From: Asterionella formosa
Taxonomy: Eukaryota
DNA length: 33,281 bases
Assembly (NCBI GenBank): GCA_002256025.1
Contig: NKIB01000371.1
Coordinates: 1-33,281 of the forward strand
Direction: 5' to 3'
Made by a program: the position numbers and the translations under genes. The notes under the pieces are model-generated. The model was not told where the DNA came from. It did not search any database and saw only the letters and a program-made list of their open reading frames with translations. Positions within the stretch are counted from its first letter, which is position 1. The number at the start of each line of letters is the position of its first letter. Below, one piece after another: positions 21,324 to 32,682 of the stretch.

Positions 21324-22325
21324 GGTTCCTGCATTTCAACCCTAGTTTAGAGGTAGGGTTAAAAATATAATATTGAGTCAGAGTACTCAAGCACACACTT
21401 CGTACGAGTAAAACATAAATGAATATCGCTAAGCGGAGCTTTCACCAATATACACCCTTTCCATATACTTAGATACAGTCTTCTGGCAAATTAGGGGTAT
21501 AGGTCAACGCTATATATCGTCAGGATATAGGATCTGTCGAGAAAGTGCAGAAAGGAACTTCGGTTTTTAAACTATGCTGAAAATAGTGGATTTTACCGAA
21601 ACAACTCCTCGTTTATTTGGTCTAGTAAAAAACCGAATTTCCTTTCTGCACTTTCTCGCCGAAAGTTAACTTCTGGGGCTATATGAAGATTACCTATGTA
21701 CTTAACTCTTCTTTAAACCCTGCCAACGTTAAGCTATCGTCGTTTAAAAATTCGACAATATTGGCCTGTTCAACGATCTCCAAAATGTCGGAATCAGAAT
21801 CAATAATCGCCGAAACAACATCATCGGAATTGAAGATATTTTGATTTGTCAAGTTCAATTACTTATCGACATTTGATTGGCCCGGTTTGCGAGGTCTTGC
21901 AAACCAACACCGGCCACACTGGATACTTATTTAAAATTTTCTTGTGTGATCGCCGGTATGCCGGTATCATATCCACTACGGGTACCAGTAGATGATTATC
22001 ATTTGACACACGCGTACCACTCCTAGAAAGCACTTCAAATATTTGCCGAGCCGCCGGGTCGGATGACACATAAACCGTCGATCGTTGCATAGAGTGTATA
22101 CTGGGGGTAGCTATATATATATATAGAGGATGTACAATCTATATCTATATATTTAGCGAATTTGAAAAGGAATCTATGCACGTACGCGCAAATTTCCACT
22201 GATTTGAATATTTCAAATGGAATCATGTAATTCCAAAACAGCTCATATAAATTCTTAGTTCCAGGGAGTTTCAATAACTCTAAGCACTATTTTAGTTTTT
22301 GCCTTAGGATTGAAATGCAGGAACC
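21324..22325 (+). mobile_element. 1.0-kb non-autonomous TTAA-specific DNA transposon (Kolobok-like GG..CC termini), copy 1
   Basis: TTAA|GGTTCCTGCATTTCAA...TTGAAATGCAGGAACC|TTAA. The matching position in the opposite arm (24303-24306) has a single TTAA, i.e. an empty site. Confidence 0.9.
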
Positions 22326-22752
22326 TTAAGCACGATAAAGAAAATACGCAACAATCGTAAAAGAATAGCTGTAATAACTCTAATATTGACAAAGAAAATT
22401 GAAATAGCCGATAGTGCATTTTAAATCATTTTATATGATTAATTTATAGATTCACAATTCAAAATAACGATGCTATCAGCAGGTTTGACACTTTCACAAT
22501 AGCTGTGGTATAACTACTACAAAGACGACAAAGAATTCATGTATGGATTAAAAATATGTTACTGAAAGACAACATTATGAGTCAAAATGGGTAAAATTAA
22601 ATTGCTTAGATCTCCATAAATATATGTTCTACTTCAAAACTGATTGAATGATAATTATCCCCACTCTAACGACTACAATAAGGTTCGTACTTGGTTCGAA
22701 TTTTATCATTTAAGAAACTTCGATAATTTTAGTCAGAAAAAGGAGTTATTAA

Positions 22753-23779
22753 GGTTCCTGCATTTCAACCCTAGTTTAGAGGTAGGGTTAAAATAAACTA
22801 TTGAGTCAGAGTAGTCAAACGCACACTTCTTAGGTGTACAATGTAATGTATATAGCTAAACGGAGCTTTCAGCAATTCTAAAGCTTTCCATATGCTTCGA
22901 TACAGTCATTAATCAAAGTAGGGGTGGGGTATAGGTCAACTCTATATAACGTCAGTATATAAGATCTGGCGAGAAACTGCAAAAGGAACTTCGGTTTTTT
23001 ACTATGCTATAAAGACTAGAAATTTTGGGGGAAATCACTTTATTTGGCATAGTTTAAAAACCGAATTTCCTTTCTGCAGTTTCTCGCCAGAAGGTATATG
23101 CTGATGCTATTTGAAGGCTACCTATGTATCTAAATCGGCTTCAGACCCAGCCAACGTTGAGCAATAGTCGTCCAATTTTTTTTGGCCTTTTCAACAAGCA
23201 ATTGCCTCCAAAATATCGGAATCAGAACCACTTAGTGCCGAAACATCATTATCCGAATGGGAGTCTTGTGATGCAATATTTAGTTGTAAAATTTCATGTA
23301 CCAAAAATTCCATTGTAAGTGCGCGCATTATTATTGACACACTGATTGGCTATTGCGAAATACTTATCTCCGTTTGATTGTGCAAGGAAATGCAACCCAC
23401 ACCGGCCACATTGGAAAGTTCCCATGTAACATTTCCTTTGGTGTACCATTTGGCTAGTACTATATACACTATGGGTACCAGTAGATGATCATCATTGGAC
23501 ATCATACGAGTACCACTGGTTGTTGAGTGCACTTTCAAATATTTGCCAAGCCGCATAACCGTTGGTACATATACATGGTGCGATGTAGAATGTCTATATA
23601 AATATATATTTAGCGAATTTGAAAAGAAATCTATGTAAGCGCAAGTTTCCACTGTTTAAAAATATTTCAAATGGAATCATGTCATTCAAAAATAGCTCAT
23701 ATAAATTCTTAGTTCCAGGGAATTTTGGCAACCCTAAGCAATATTTTAATTTTTGCCTTAGCTTTGAAATGCAGGAACC
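22753..23779 (+). mobile_element. 1.0-kb non-autonomous TTAA-specific DNA transposon (Kolobok-like), copy 2
   Basis: Same 16-bp TIR with TTAA flanks (22749-22752 and 23780-23783). It is colinear with copy 1 over its length, in the same orientation, and diverged. Confidence 0.9.
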
Positions 23780-25221
23780 TTAACCGTTGAATCTCAGTTT
23801 TTAGGTGGTACCAGTAAGTATGTACAGTTCGTAAGCATGTTGTGTTTACATATACTGGTATACTATACACTATATCGACTGTTAACTAATGACGATAAAA
23901 GTATACCAGTACTTATGTTATGTATACTATATTAACTGTCAACTACATAGTACAGGTTTATTGAAAAAAACCAATTTTGAAATCTCATCACCATCATGCT
24001 TACTACATCATTCCCATGTCACAATGTATTCATTTTGCGGCGTCGACACAAGCAATCAATTCTAAGCTAATAAATAACTTGTTTCACATCATTTGCTTTA
24101 ATTTATTATACTATTGTTGAAGTCGTCTTTTTAGTTGTTGTAAAGCTACTGTGAAAGTGTCAAATCTGCTCATAACTTCGTCGTTTTGAATTGTGAATCC
24201 ATAAATTTCATTAAAAAATGCGCTATCGGCTATTTCAATTTTCGTTGTCAATATTGATGTTATTACAACTATTCTTTTACAATTGTATTTTCTATATCGT
24301 GCTTAATATATGTACCCAATAGCAAAGCTTCGTTCTCATTTTTCATGGAGATATATTCATTATTTTCATCATGGTCATGGCTGAGAGAACATCATCATGC
24401 ACCATGCATCCAGCCACTCACAACAACGAAACAGTTACTGCCTAGTACTATACTGGTAAATATATCATATATAGAAAATAATCGAATAATCTAAGCTTAA
24501 TCATTATATACAAGCAAGTGCTTATAAGTGCTACCTCAGTTACCCTGAGCAGCCATGAGTCCAGCCACCAGCATGCATACTACAGTGGAATGGTATAATG
24601 CATAGTTATGATATTGAGTACCACTAGTTGTTATGTATGATCATGCTAGCATGTGAATATTCAAATCCTACTTGATATAGAACTATTCATTGTTGGTTCT
24701 TTCATCACTTTGGCCAAAAAAGGAGAATTATTTTGAGTTTTGTAAAGAATAAAGCAAAGTAAGAAACAAGACTTGCTTGCTTTTGCTTTGGGTTGCCCCT
24801 CTATTGTCCCAGTCATTGTCATCTTCTTTTTTCTGCCATTTGCCTCTTTTTGATGTTTCTGTGTATAGACAAAGTAATTATTTTTATGTCACTAATGACA
24901 ATAAGTTGTGATACTGTCAATTCAAAGAGAGAGTTGATGACATTCTCTATTTGGTCTTTTTTAGCGCCTGTCCTGCGTCACGATGTCCATTTCAGCACAA
25001 TTACCGTACCTGCCGCAACTGCTTGCAGGTGCCTGTAATGCGGATGAGGATGATGCAAGTGATAAAAACGGTTGCAAATATCGGTACTGGTAGTCATTTT
25101 TCCATTTCCACGAACATGATCCAATCCTCCATCAACGCGAACGACTATTCCATCCTTTGAAATATATCTTTGTGCATACCTACCGGTAGTATCTACCGCT
25201 TCTCCTTACCCTAGTTTCACC

Positions 25222-27126
25222 ATGTCATCAAACCTCGCTGCAACAGTTGCTTTGCTTCTCTCGGCACTCTCGTCCTCTCACAGCCTGAGTGCCCAGCCAC
25301 AAACGACCACCACCACCACAACAGCAACAACAACATCCATTCATCCAAACCCGTTCTGGCGCACAACAGGCACAACCATGTTGCATCCAAATGGTCGTCC
25401 CATGTCCCCCAAACTCGTGGAAGCTGTCGAGAGCAACACACACCCTACCGAATCCCAAGAGGAACTTGGTCAAGGCAACTTTGTGGCTTCGGATTGGCGA
25501 CAGGCTTGGTGGACGTATCAATCGCCACCAGACAATCCCGCCTTGATTGATGACACGAATGGCCATGCCCAATATGAAGTGAAAGAAATAGATGGCATAC
25601 TTCCTCTTGACTTGGCAGGGACATTGTATCGCAATGGACCTGGCAAGTTTGGTGTGAATGGACAACGTGTGGCGCATGTGTTGGATGCCGATGGTCTTGT
25701 ACTAAAAATTACTATCCCTGTGCATAACGACCAAAAACAACGCACTGTGACTGTACAGTCGAGATTCATTGAGACAATAGATTTTCAAAACGAAAAAAGC
25801 AATGACCAATTCATGACAAGAGGTACCTTTGGAACAGGACCCATGGGAAGCACCGTCGGAGCAGGACTAAATGAAGATCCTGCGGCACCATCCATGTGGA
25901 CCAAACTTGTTCATCGAGCCTTCAAGGTGGACATTAAGAATACAGCAAATACACAAGTCATTGCGTTTGGAGGCAAGGTGTTGGCCTTGTTTGAAGCGGG
26001 GTTGCCGTATCGATTGGATCCAGTCACTCTTGAAACGATTGGAGAAGATGACATGGCTGGCACGTTGCCACAAGGGAACAAACTAGCTGTCCGTGCTAGT
26101 TCTGTTCCCACTCTCGACTTTTTAGGAGGTGCAGCCCACACGGCACATCCCAACATATGCCCACGCACGGGAAATTTGGTGGGATGGTCATGGACTCAAC
26201 TGCCCCAAGAGGGATCCTTGGAGGTGACTATTCGTGAATGGTCTCCTGACGATTTTTCACTCATCGCGTCCTGCACATATATTATTCCGGATTGTGATTT
26301 GGCTCCTCACGACATGGCCCTCACAGAAAATTATGTGGTATTTTTGGTGAATGCGTTGGAAATGAATACTTTGGAATTTTTGAGTGGTTTAAAAGGACCC
26401 GCAGAATCGTTGAAAATGGATGGTAGGAAGCCGGTCAAGGCATGGATCCTTCCTCGACCCACATCATGCAAGGTTCAGGAACCTCGTTTGGTGGACAACG
26501 TTCCACCTTGTTTTTCAATTCACATGTCTCACGCCTACGAAAACGACGACGACGACACCATTGTTGTATATTTTTCTGGTTGGCCCCCTTCGGACTCGAC
26601 TGACTTTTTAGGGGCTTGGGGTGGATTTTGTCCCCTTTTCCATCAAATTCCTCCCACTTTTCTTTGGCGATTGGTCCTAAGTTCTGATGATGCACCGACG
26701 TTGACGACAGTTTGTCCAACACTTTGTGCGGAACATCCAGTGGTACATCCACTCATGACACAACCCAAGTATTCGTATGCTGTGGTAAGTAACAATGTCG
26801 GTGATTCTAGCCCTCCCTGTGGGTATGCTCGAGTTCAGGTTGACATGATGGGTGAAAGTAGTGAACAGTATTGGTTCGGGTCTCGTTATTTTTGCGGCGA
26901 ACCCTTGGTTGTTCCCAAGATGGGACGGGTCGACGAAGATGGCGCGTATCTCTTGGGGATGGTACAAGATTCAGTCCGGCAGTTGTCGTTTGTGGCCATT
27001 TTTGATTTGGAACAATCTCTATCATTAGGACCTGTGTGCAAGATATGGCTCCAAAGCGCTGTCCCACATGGCCTGCACGGGTGCTTTGATCCCGGATCCA
27101 ATGCACGCACTTCGTACTTTTGCTGA
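25222..27126 (+). CDS. Carotenoid oxygenase family (CCD/RPE65/lignostilbene dioxygenase-like) protein with an N-terminal signal peptide
   Basis: GTLYRNGPG, HVLDADGLV, KNTANT, LALFEAGLPYRLDPVTLETIG. Four candidate Fe-ligand His residues are present: TAHP, PHDMALT, IHMSHAYE, PHGLHG. Confidence 0.93.
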   Translation: MSSNLAATVALLLSALSSSHSLSAQPQTTTTTTTATTTSIHPNPFWRTTGTTMLHPNGRPMSPKLVEAVESNTHPTESQEELGQGNFVASDWRQAWWTYQSPPDNPALIDDTNGHAQYEVKEIDGILPLDLAGTLYRNGPGKFGVNGQRVAHVLDADGLVLKITIPVHNDQKQRTVTVQSRFIETIDFQNEKSNDQFMTRGTFGTGPMGSTVGAGLNEDPAAPSMWTKLVHRAFKVDIKNTANTQVIAFGGKVLALFEAGLPYRLDPVTLETIGEDDMAGTLPQGNKLAVRASSVPTLDFLGGAAHTAHPNICPRTGNLVGWSWTQLPQEGSLEVTIREWSPDDFSLIASCTYIIPDCDLAPHDMALTENYVVFLVNALEMNTLEFLSGLKGPAESLKMDGRKPVKAWILPRPTSCKVQEPRLVDNVPPCFSIHMSHAYENDDDDTIVVYFSGWPPSDSTDFLGAWGGFCPLFHQIPPTFLWRLVLSSDDAPTLTTVCPTLCAEHPVVHPLMTQPKYSYAVVSNNVGDSSPPCGYARVQVDMMGESSEQYWFGSRYFCGEPLVVPKMGRVDEDGAYLLGMVQDSVRQLSFVAIFDLEQSLSLGPVCKIWLQSAVPHGLHGCFDPGSNARTSYFC

Positions 27127-27201
27127 AAACGAAACAGTGTTGTACTAGAATTATACTTTGTTTGGAACCTAGTGTTATACTACCGTAGTCTGCTATTACT
27201 A

Positions 27202-27954
27202 TCAAGCAGTTGTTACTCTTGGACCTGTAGTTTCAATAACAAAATTCTTGGATGTACCAACCACCATGTGAGATGACAGTCGTACCGTGAGTGTTCTTGT
27301 TCCACTCTGTGTTGTGCGGTCAACCATGAACGATGCATTGACACAATTTTCCCATGCCAATCCCAAGGCAGGGCGAGCAAGGGACAGTTGATTAATAACC
27401 ACAATGGGAATCGCCCATTGCTTCCACAGTGCGGCCAAACGAAAGAGGAAATCCGAGCGTTGGACAGTCGGAGTAGACCGGAACATTCCTGCCAAACTAT
27501 CCACAATGATCAATCCGAAATCTCGTGGAGTGATCTGAAGTAGCTCCTCTTCGTTGCGGACTCGACACAGGACAATGTTGTTCAAATTGGCATTCATTTG
27601 ATTCAATCGATGTGCCAACGATGGAATGTTGTCCTTGTCAAGTGCCAAGTACAATGCGGTGGATGAGGCGGCTGCTGCCTGACGCAAGAGTCCCAACGCC
27701 AATTGTGTCTTGCCAGATCCAGCAGGTCCCACCAGCTCCGTAATGCCCACAGCCAGTGGGAACAATGCCTCCGTTGGTGCTGGCACTACCGGTAGTGGCT
27801 CGGACGGCGGACATTCTAGCAAGTGATAGATATGTTGCCGCTTCGGTTGATGTAACAATGCCAAGGCAGTGACTGGGACAATGGAGCAATCATTGTTATT
27901 GGGTTGATGACTGGGTACAGCAGAGGTTGGATGATTGTAATGAGCCGATATCAT
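27202..27954 (-). CDS. XRCC3: RAD51 paralogue, XRCC3-like
   Basis: GITELVGPAGSGKTQLAL (Walker A), LIIVDSLAGMFR (Walker B), VVINQ, and PALGLAWENCVN, which is typical of XRCC3. Confidence 0.75.
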   Translation of the reverse strand: MISAHYNHPTSAVPSHQPNNNDCSIVPVTALALLHQPKRQHIYHLLECPPSEPLPVVPAPTEALFPLAVGITELVGPAGSGKTQLALGLLRQAAAASSTALYLALDKDNIPSLAHRLNQMNANLNNIVLCRVRNEEELLQITPRDFGLIIVDSLAGMFRSTPTVQRSDFLFRLAALWKQWAIPIVVINQLSLARPALGLAWENCVNASFMVDRTTQSGTRTLTVRLSSHMVVGTSKNFVIETTGPRVTTA

Positions 27955-28153
27955 GATCCAACTATCGGTATATACATGTATCTGATGTCTTCATATTCAA
28001 ACTCCTGTGCATGGACTGCCAGTACCAAGGTGCCAAGTACCTGGTAAGTAGCTACCGGTACATACCGTATTATCCTAGCTATGAGGAATACTGAGGACAA
28101 AGCTAGCTACAATAGTACACATTTAGTACGAAATGCTGTGCAGAAATATACTG

Positions 28154-28245
28154 TTTGAATTATGGCGCGCAGCATTCACCGAATTTTGATTGGTCGACGG
28201 CATTGTAGGGGCTAGGGATACAACAGCGCGCCAAACAAATTGAAT
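28154..28245. promoter_or_regulatory. Putative E2F/CHR/CCAAT cell-cycle promoter module between the divergent XRCC3 and RNR genes
   Basis: TTTGAA at 28154-28159, TATGGCGCGC at 28161-28170, ATTGG at 28189-28193, and GCGCGCCAAA (TTTGGCGCGC on the - strand) at 28226-28235. Confidence 0.55.
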
Positions 28246-28464
28246 CGCTTTCTTCTTGGTGCTAAACACAACGATGTCATGCTTTTCTGTAAGTGCAAGC
28301 ATGGCATTACGAGCTATTTTCCCGTTTACCACATATCATCATGACAATCGAAAATCCCATAAAACAAAGAATCCAATTCAATTTCACCACTTGTCTCTCC
28401 CTCTTGTCTCCATTCGACCTACTTGTCATCGTCCCACCGCATTAAATAGAACATGTGGTCCTCT

Positions 28465-31056
28465 ATGTATGTTGTCAAGCGAAACGGAAAGAGTGAATCG
28501 GTGCATTTCGACAAAATCACCAGCAGAGTCTCCAAGCTCTGTTACGGCCTTGATCCAAAAGTACGTCTACTTGTGTCGCATCAGTTGTTGTGCTTTTACT
28601 TGACTTTGCTTTGCTTTTACTTCACTTTACTGTTCTGACACACCCAAACACCCACGCAGCATGTAGACCCCGTCGTTATTTCTCAAAAGGTCATTCAGGG
28701 CGTGTACCCCGGCGTCACCACGTCGGAACTGGACGAACTCGCGGCCCAAACCGCCGCATCGTTTGCCACTCAGCATCCAGACTATTCCGTCTTGGCCGCG
28801 CGCATTAGCGTCTCCAACCTTCACAAAATGACCACCAAGACCTTTAGTGAAGTCATTGAAAAGATGCACAAGTACGTTCACCCAAAAACCGGCACGCCAG
28901 CCCCCCTCGTGTCGGACGAAACATTTGACATTGTCATGGCCCACAAGGACCAACTCGATGCCGCCGTCATTCATGACCGGGACTTTGATCTCGACTACTT
29001 TGGATTCAAGACTTTAGAGAAGAGCTACCTTTTGCGTATGAACAATGCCATTGCCGAACGACCCCAGCACATGCTGCTGCGCGTGGCGGTGGGCATTCAT
29101 GGCAATGACGTGGACAGCATCATTCCAACGTACGATTACCTGTCGCAGCGATACTTGACACATGCGACACCGACCTTGTTCAATGCTGGGACGCCCATGC
29201 CACAAATGTCGAGTTGCTTTCTCTTGTGTATGAAGGAAGATTCGATTGATGGGATTTATGATACGCTTAAGAATTGCGCGATTATTTCAAAGTATGCTGG
29301 AGGACTTGGATTGTCGATTCACAATGTGAGAGCGTCGCAGTCCTACATTAGAGGAACGAATGGAAGTTCCAATGGAATTGTTCCTATGCTTCGTGTCTTT
29401 AATAATACGGCGCGCTATGTCGATCAAGGGGGTGGAAAGGTGAGGCATGTTGGAACAACTGGTTTGTTGTAGCATGATTGCAAGTGTACTCACCCTAGGT
29501 TGTTATAGCGCAAGGGAAGCATCGCCGTGTACTTGGAGCCTTGGCATGCTGATATTTACCAGTTTCTCGACCTTCGCAAGAACCACGGAAACGAATCGGA
29601 CCGTGCACGGGATTTGTTTTACGCATTGTGGATCCCAGATTTGTTTATGGAACGGGTGCAAAGCAATGGACAGTGGACCCTCATGTGTCCTAACGAATGC
29701 CCTGGATTGGCTGACTGCTATGGAGAAGAATTCAAAATCAAGTACGAGACTTATGAACAGCAAGGCAAGGGGCGCAAGTCCATTTCTGCCCAGTCGCTGT
29801 GGTTTGCCATTTTGGATTCTCAGGTGGAGACTGGAACGCCATATATGCTCTACAAGGATGCTTGCAACTCGAAGTCGAATCAAAAGAACTTGGGTACCAT
29901 CAAATGCTCCAACCTTTGTACTGAAATCGTGGAGTATACGGCTCCGGATGAAGCTGCGGTATGCAACTTGGCCAGTATCTCCCTTTCCAAGTTGGTCACT
30001 CCTGCCATAGACTATAGTGGAACCACTGGTTCGTTTGATTTTCAAAAATTGTTTGAGATTTCCAAGGTTCTGACGAAGAACTTGAATCGTGTCATTGACC
30101 GAAACTTTTACCCCATTCCTGAAACTCGGAAGTCCAATATGCGGCACCGACCCATTGGCATTGGGGTACAAGGTCTGGCTGATGCATTTCAAATGCTCAA
30201 AATATCCTTTGAGTCGGATACCGCAAAGAAACTCAACAAGGATATTTTTGAAACCATTTACTTTGGTGCCTGCACTGCTAGTTGTGAACTTGCTGCCGTC
30301 GACGGCCACTATGAGACCTACCCTGGTTCCCCTTCTAGCCAGGGGATTCTTCAGTTTGATATGTGGAACGTGACTCCCTCGAACCGTTGGGATTGGGCCG
30401 CCTTGAAGGAAAAGATTGCTGTTCACGGACTTCGAAATTCCTTAATGGTTGCTCCGATGCCAACGGCTTCGACCGCTCAAATTCTCGGAAACAATGAAAG
30501 CACTGAACCATTTACTTCCAACATGTACAACCGTCGTGTGCTGGCCGGAGAATTCACAGTAGTGAACAAGCACTTGTTGCGTGAACTCACAGCCAATGGA
30601 ATGTGGACGGACTCTGTGCGCAATCAAATTATTGCCGACGGCGGATCTGTCCAGGGTGTGGCGGAGATCCCTAAGGAAATTCGTGAGGTATACAAGACGG
30701 TTTGGGAGATTCCACAGCGGGTCATTTTGGACATGGCGGCCGACCGTGCCCCTTTTATTTGCCAGAGTCAGTCGTTGAATGTTCACATTGCCGATCCCAC
30801 TACTAAAAAATTAACATCCATGCACTTTTATGCCTGGAAGAAGGGTCTCAAGACTGGAATGTACTACTTGCGAACCAGACCCAAGGCGGATGCCATTCAA
30901 TTCACTGTCGATCAACAACAACTTGTGGCAGACAGAAAAAAGGGTGTGGCTGATAAGGAAAACGTGAATCCTTCGCCTCCCGATGCGCCAACAGCCAAGT
31001 TTAAAAGTCTGGATGTCCAGGATGAAGCCGATGAATGTCTCAACTGCGGAGCATAA
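28465..31056 (+). CDS. RRM1: Ribonucleoside-diphosphate reductase large subunit; exons 28465-28560, 28660-29439, 29509-31056 (807 aa)
   Basis: [19 protein letters not shown] (ATP cone), [63 protein letters not shown] and C-terminal CLNC. Two phase-0 GT-AG introns of 99 and 69 nt. Confidence 0.97.
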
Positions 31057-31164
31057 GGTACAACGAGCAACTCTTGCCACGATGTGTGTTTATAAGGTGA
31101 CGTTGTATAAAATCGAATAATATGGGGCGTTGAAGAATTCAATTGTGCGGCTCTTGTTAAAATT

Positions 31165-32682
31165 TTATTTGCTAGATTCGCCAGGCATTTCGAATTTCAA
31201 GGCAAATGCCTCTACTTCCTCCCGAAGACTATCGATGGAATTTTTTATACCTTTATTCGTAGTCAGAACTTTGAAATAGTCCTTTAGGAGCACCTTTGCC
31301 TTGTTGTTACCATCAATCTTGGCTATTTGCTCAGCCTCAAGTTGTGCCTTCACCGCCACCTGGGCACCTCTATGTAAGAATTCAGCCACAATATCAAAGT
31401 CTTCCTCTTGAAAACCACGAGAAGTAAGCGCTGGTGTCCCCAAGCGGACTCCACCTGGATTAATAGCAGACGTATCACCAGCAACACTATTTTTGTTGGT
31501 GGTGACACTGATGAGCTCCAAAACTTTCTCGACCTTGGATCCCGTCAATCCCATGGGACGGACATCCCAAAGCATCAAATGATTGTCAGTTCCACTTGTG
31601 GCAAGCGTATGTCCACGACTTGTCAATCCTTTCGCCAGCGCCCGAGCATTGTCAATGACTTGTTGTGCGTATGTTTCGAATTCTGGTGACTTGGCTTCCT
31701 TCAAGGCCACGGCAAGTGCTCCGATTTGATGATTGTGTGGGCCACCCTGCAGAGATGGAAAGACAGCATAATTTATTTGTTCCATGTATTCCGTCTTGGC
31801 AAAAATCATCCCGGATCGTGGACCCCGGAGTGTCTTGTGTGTAGTACTTGTAACAACATCCGCAAAGGGGAATGGCGATTGCGCACATTTACCAGCAACT
31901 AAACCAGAAATATGTGCCATGTCCACCATCAAAAGTGCCCCTACCGAGTCAGCAATTTCTCGCATTCGTGCATAGTCCCATTCCCTGGGATATGCTGATC
32001 CTCCAGCAATCAAAAGCTTGGGCATGAACATTTTGGCTCTACGCTCCATGTCGTCGTAATCAATCAATCCAGTTGTGGGTGATACAATATATGGCATACT
32101 TTCGAAATACACACTTGTTGCTGACACTTTCTTCTTTGGTGTCTGGAAGCCATGAGTCAAGTGCCCTCCAGAGGGTAGGTCCAATCCCATAATACGATCG
32201 TGTGGCTTCAACAGAGCTGTGTAGACAGCAAAGTTGGCGGGCGACCCAGAGTAGGGCTGGACATTGACACCCCATTCGACAGGATCAAGACCGTATAGAT
32301 CCAAGGCTCGTTCCATGCAAAGAGCTTCAATGCGATCAATAAACTCGTTGCCGCCATAATATCGCTTCCCAACTTGTCCTTCACTGTACTTGTTGGTGAG
32401 ACAACTTCCCAGGACGTCTCTCACTGCCGCACTGGCGAAATTTTCTGACGCAATCAGTTCGAGGCCAGCGCGCTGTCGGTGTGCTTCTGCAGCAATTAAG
32501 TTTGCAATCTCAGGATCAAACAGTTGCACTGTCGCCACTGTCTTATCGTTGGTGGATACCATCGGAAGGGCACCAAATGGGGAGGGCCGACAAGCCTGGC
32601 AGGAACCCAACATAAAGGCTACTGCCAAGGAATGTCGGTTGGATCCCAGCACAAGCAGCAGCGCTATTCTGAATCCCATCAT
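31165..32682 (-). CDS. SHMT: Serine hydroxymethyltransferase, probably plastid-targeted (bipartite presequence)
   Basis: [55 protein letters not shown] (PLP lysine), GGPHNH. First ATG at 32682, followed by a hydrophobic signal ending ..AVAF. Confidence 0.96.
   Translation of the reverse strand: MMGFRIALLLVLGSNRHSLAVAFMLGSCQACRPSPFGALPMVSTNDKTVATVQLFDPEIANLIAAEAHRQRAGLELIASENFASAAVRDVLGSCLTNKYSEGQVGKRYYGGNEFIDRIEALCMERALDLYGLDPVEWGVNVQPYSGSPANFAVYTALLKPHDRIMGLDLPSGGHLTHGFQTPKKKVSATSVYFESMPYIVSPTTGLIDYDDMERRAKMFMPKLLIAGGSAYPREWDYARMREIADSVGALLMVDMAHISGLVAGKCAQSPFPFADVVTSTTHKTLRGPRSGMIFAKTEYMEQINYAVFPSLQGGPHNHQIGALAVALKEAKSPEFETYAQQVIDNARALAKGLTSRGHTLATSGTDNHLMLWDVRPMGLTGSKVEKVLELISVTTNKNSVAGDTSAINPGGVRLGTPALTSRGFQEEDFDIVAEFLHRGAQVAVKAQLEAEQIAKIDGNNKAKVLLKDYFKVLTTNKGIKNSIDSLREEVEAFALKFEMPGESSK

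Larger units (their letters stand above)
16477..25027. mobile_element. Foldback-like non-autonomous element with ~0.9-kb diverged inverted arms, expanded by nested insertions
   Basis: Left-arm pieces ~16477-16865, ~20981-21323 and ~22326-22530 are colinear reverse complements of ~24120-25027. For example, atcatacataacaactagtgg pairs with ccactagttgttatgtatgat, and atgctggtggctggactcat with atgagtccagccaccagcat. The termini match the MITE at 1026-1117. Confidence 0.75.

Noticed and set aside
20092..23783. Repeats considered as a CRISPR-like array
   Set aside because: There is no short repeat with unique spacers at regular spacing, no cas genes, and the context is eukaryotic. TIRs and TSDs explain the repeats.
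29503..30426. 307-aa - strand ORF
   Set aside because: Antisense shadow of RNR exon 3, caused by codon bias.
27202..32682. XRCC3-RNR-SHMT as a dNTP-synthesis gene cluster
   Set aside because: SHMT is convergent and appears plastid-targeted, so its adjacency is probably incidental. Only the XRCC3/RNR shared promoter is retained as a finding.
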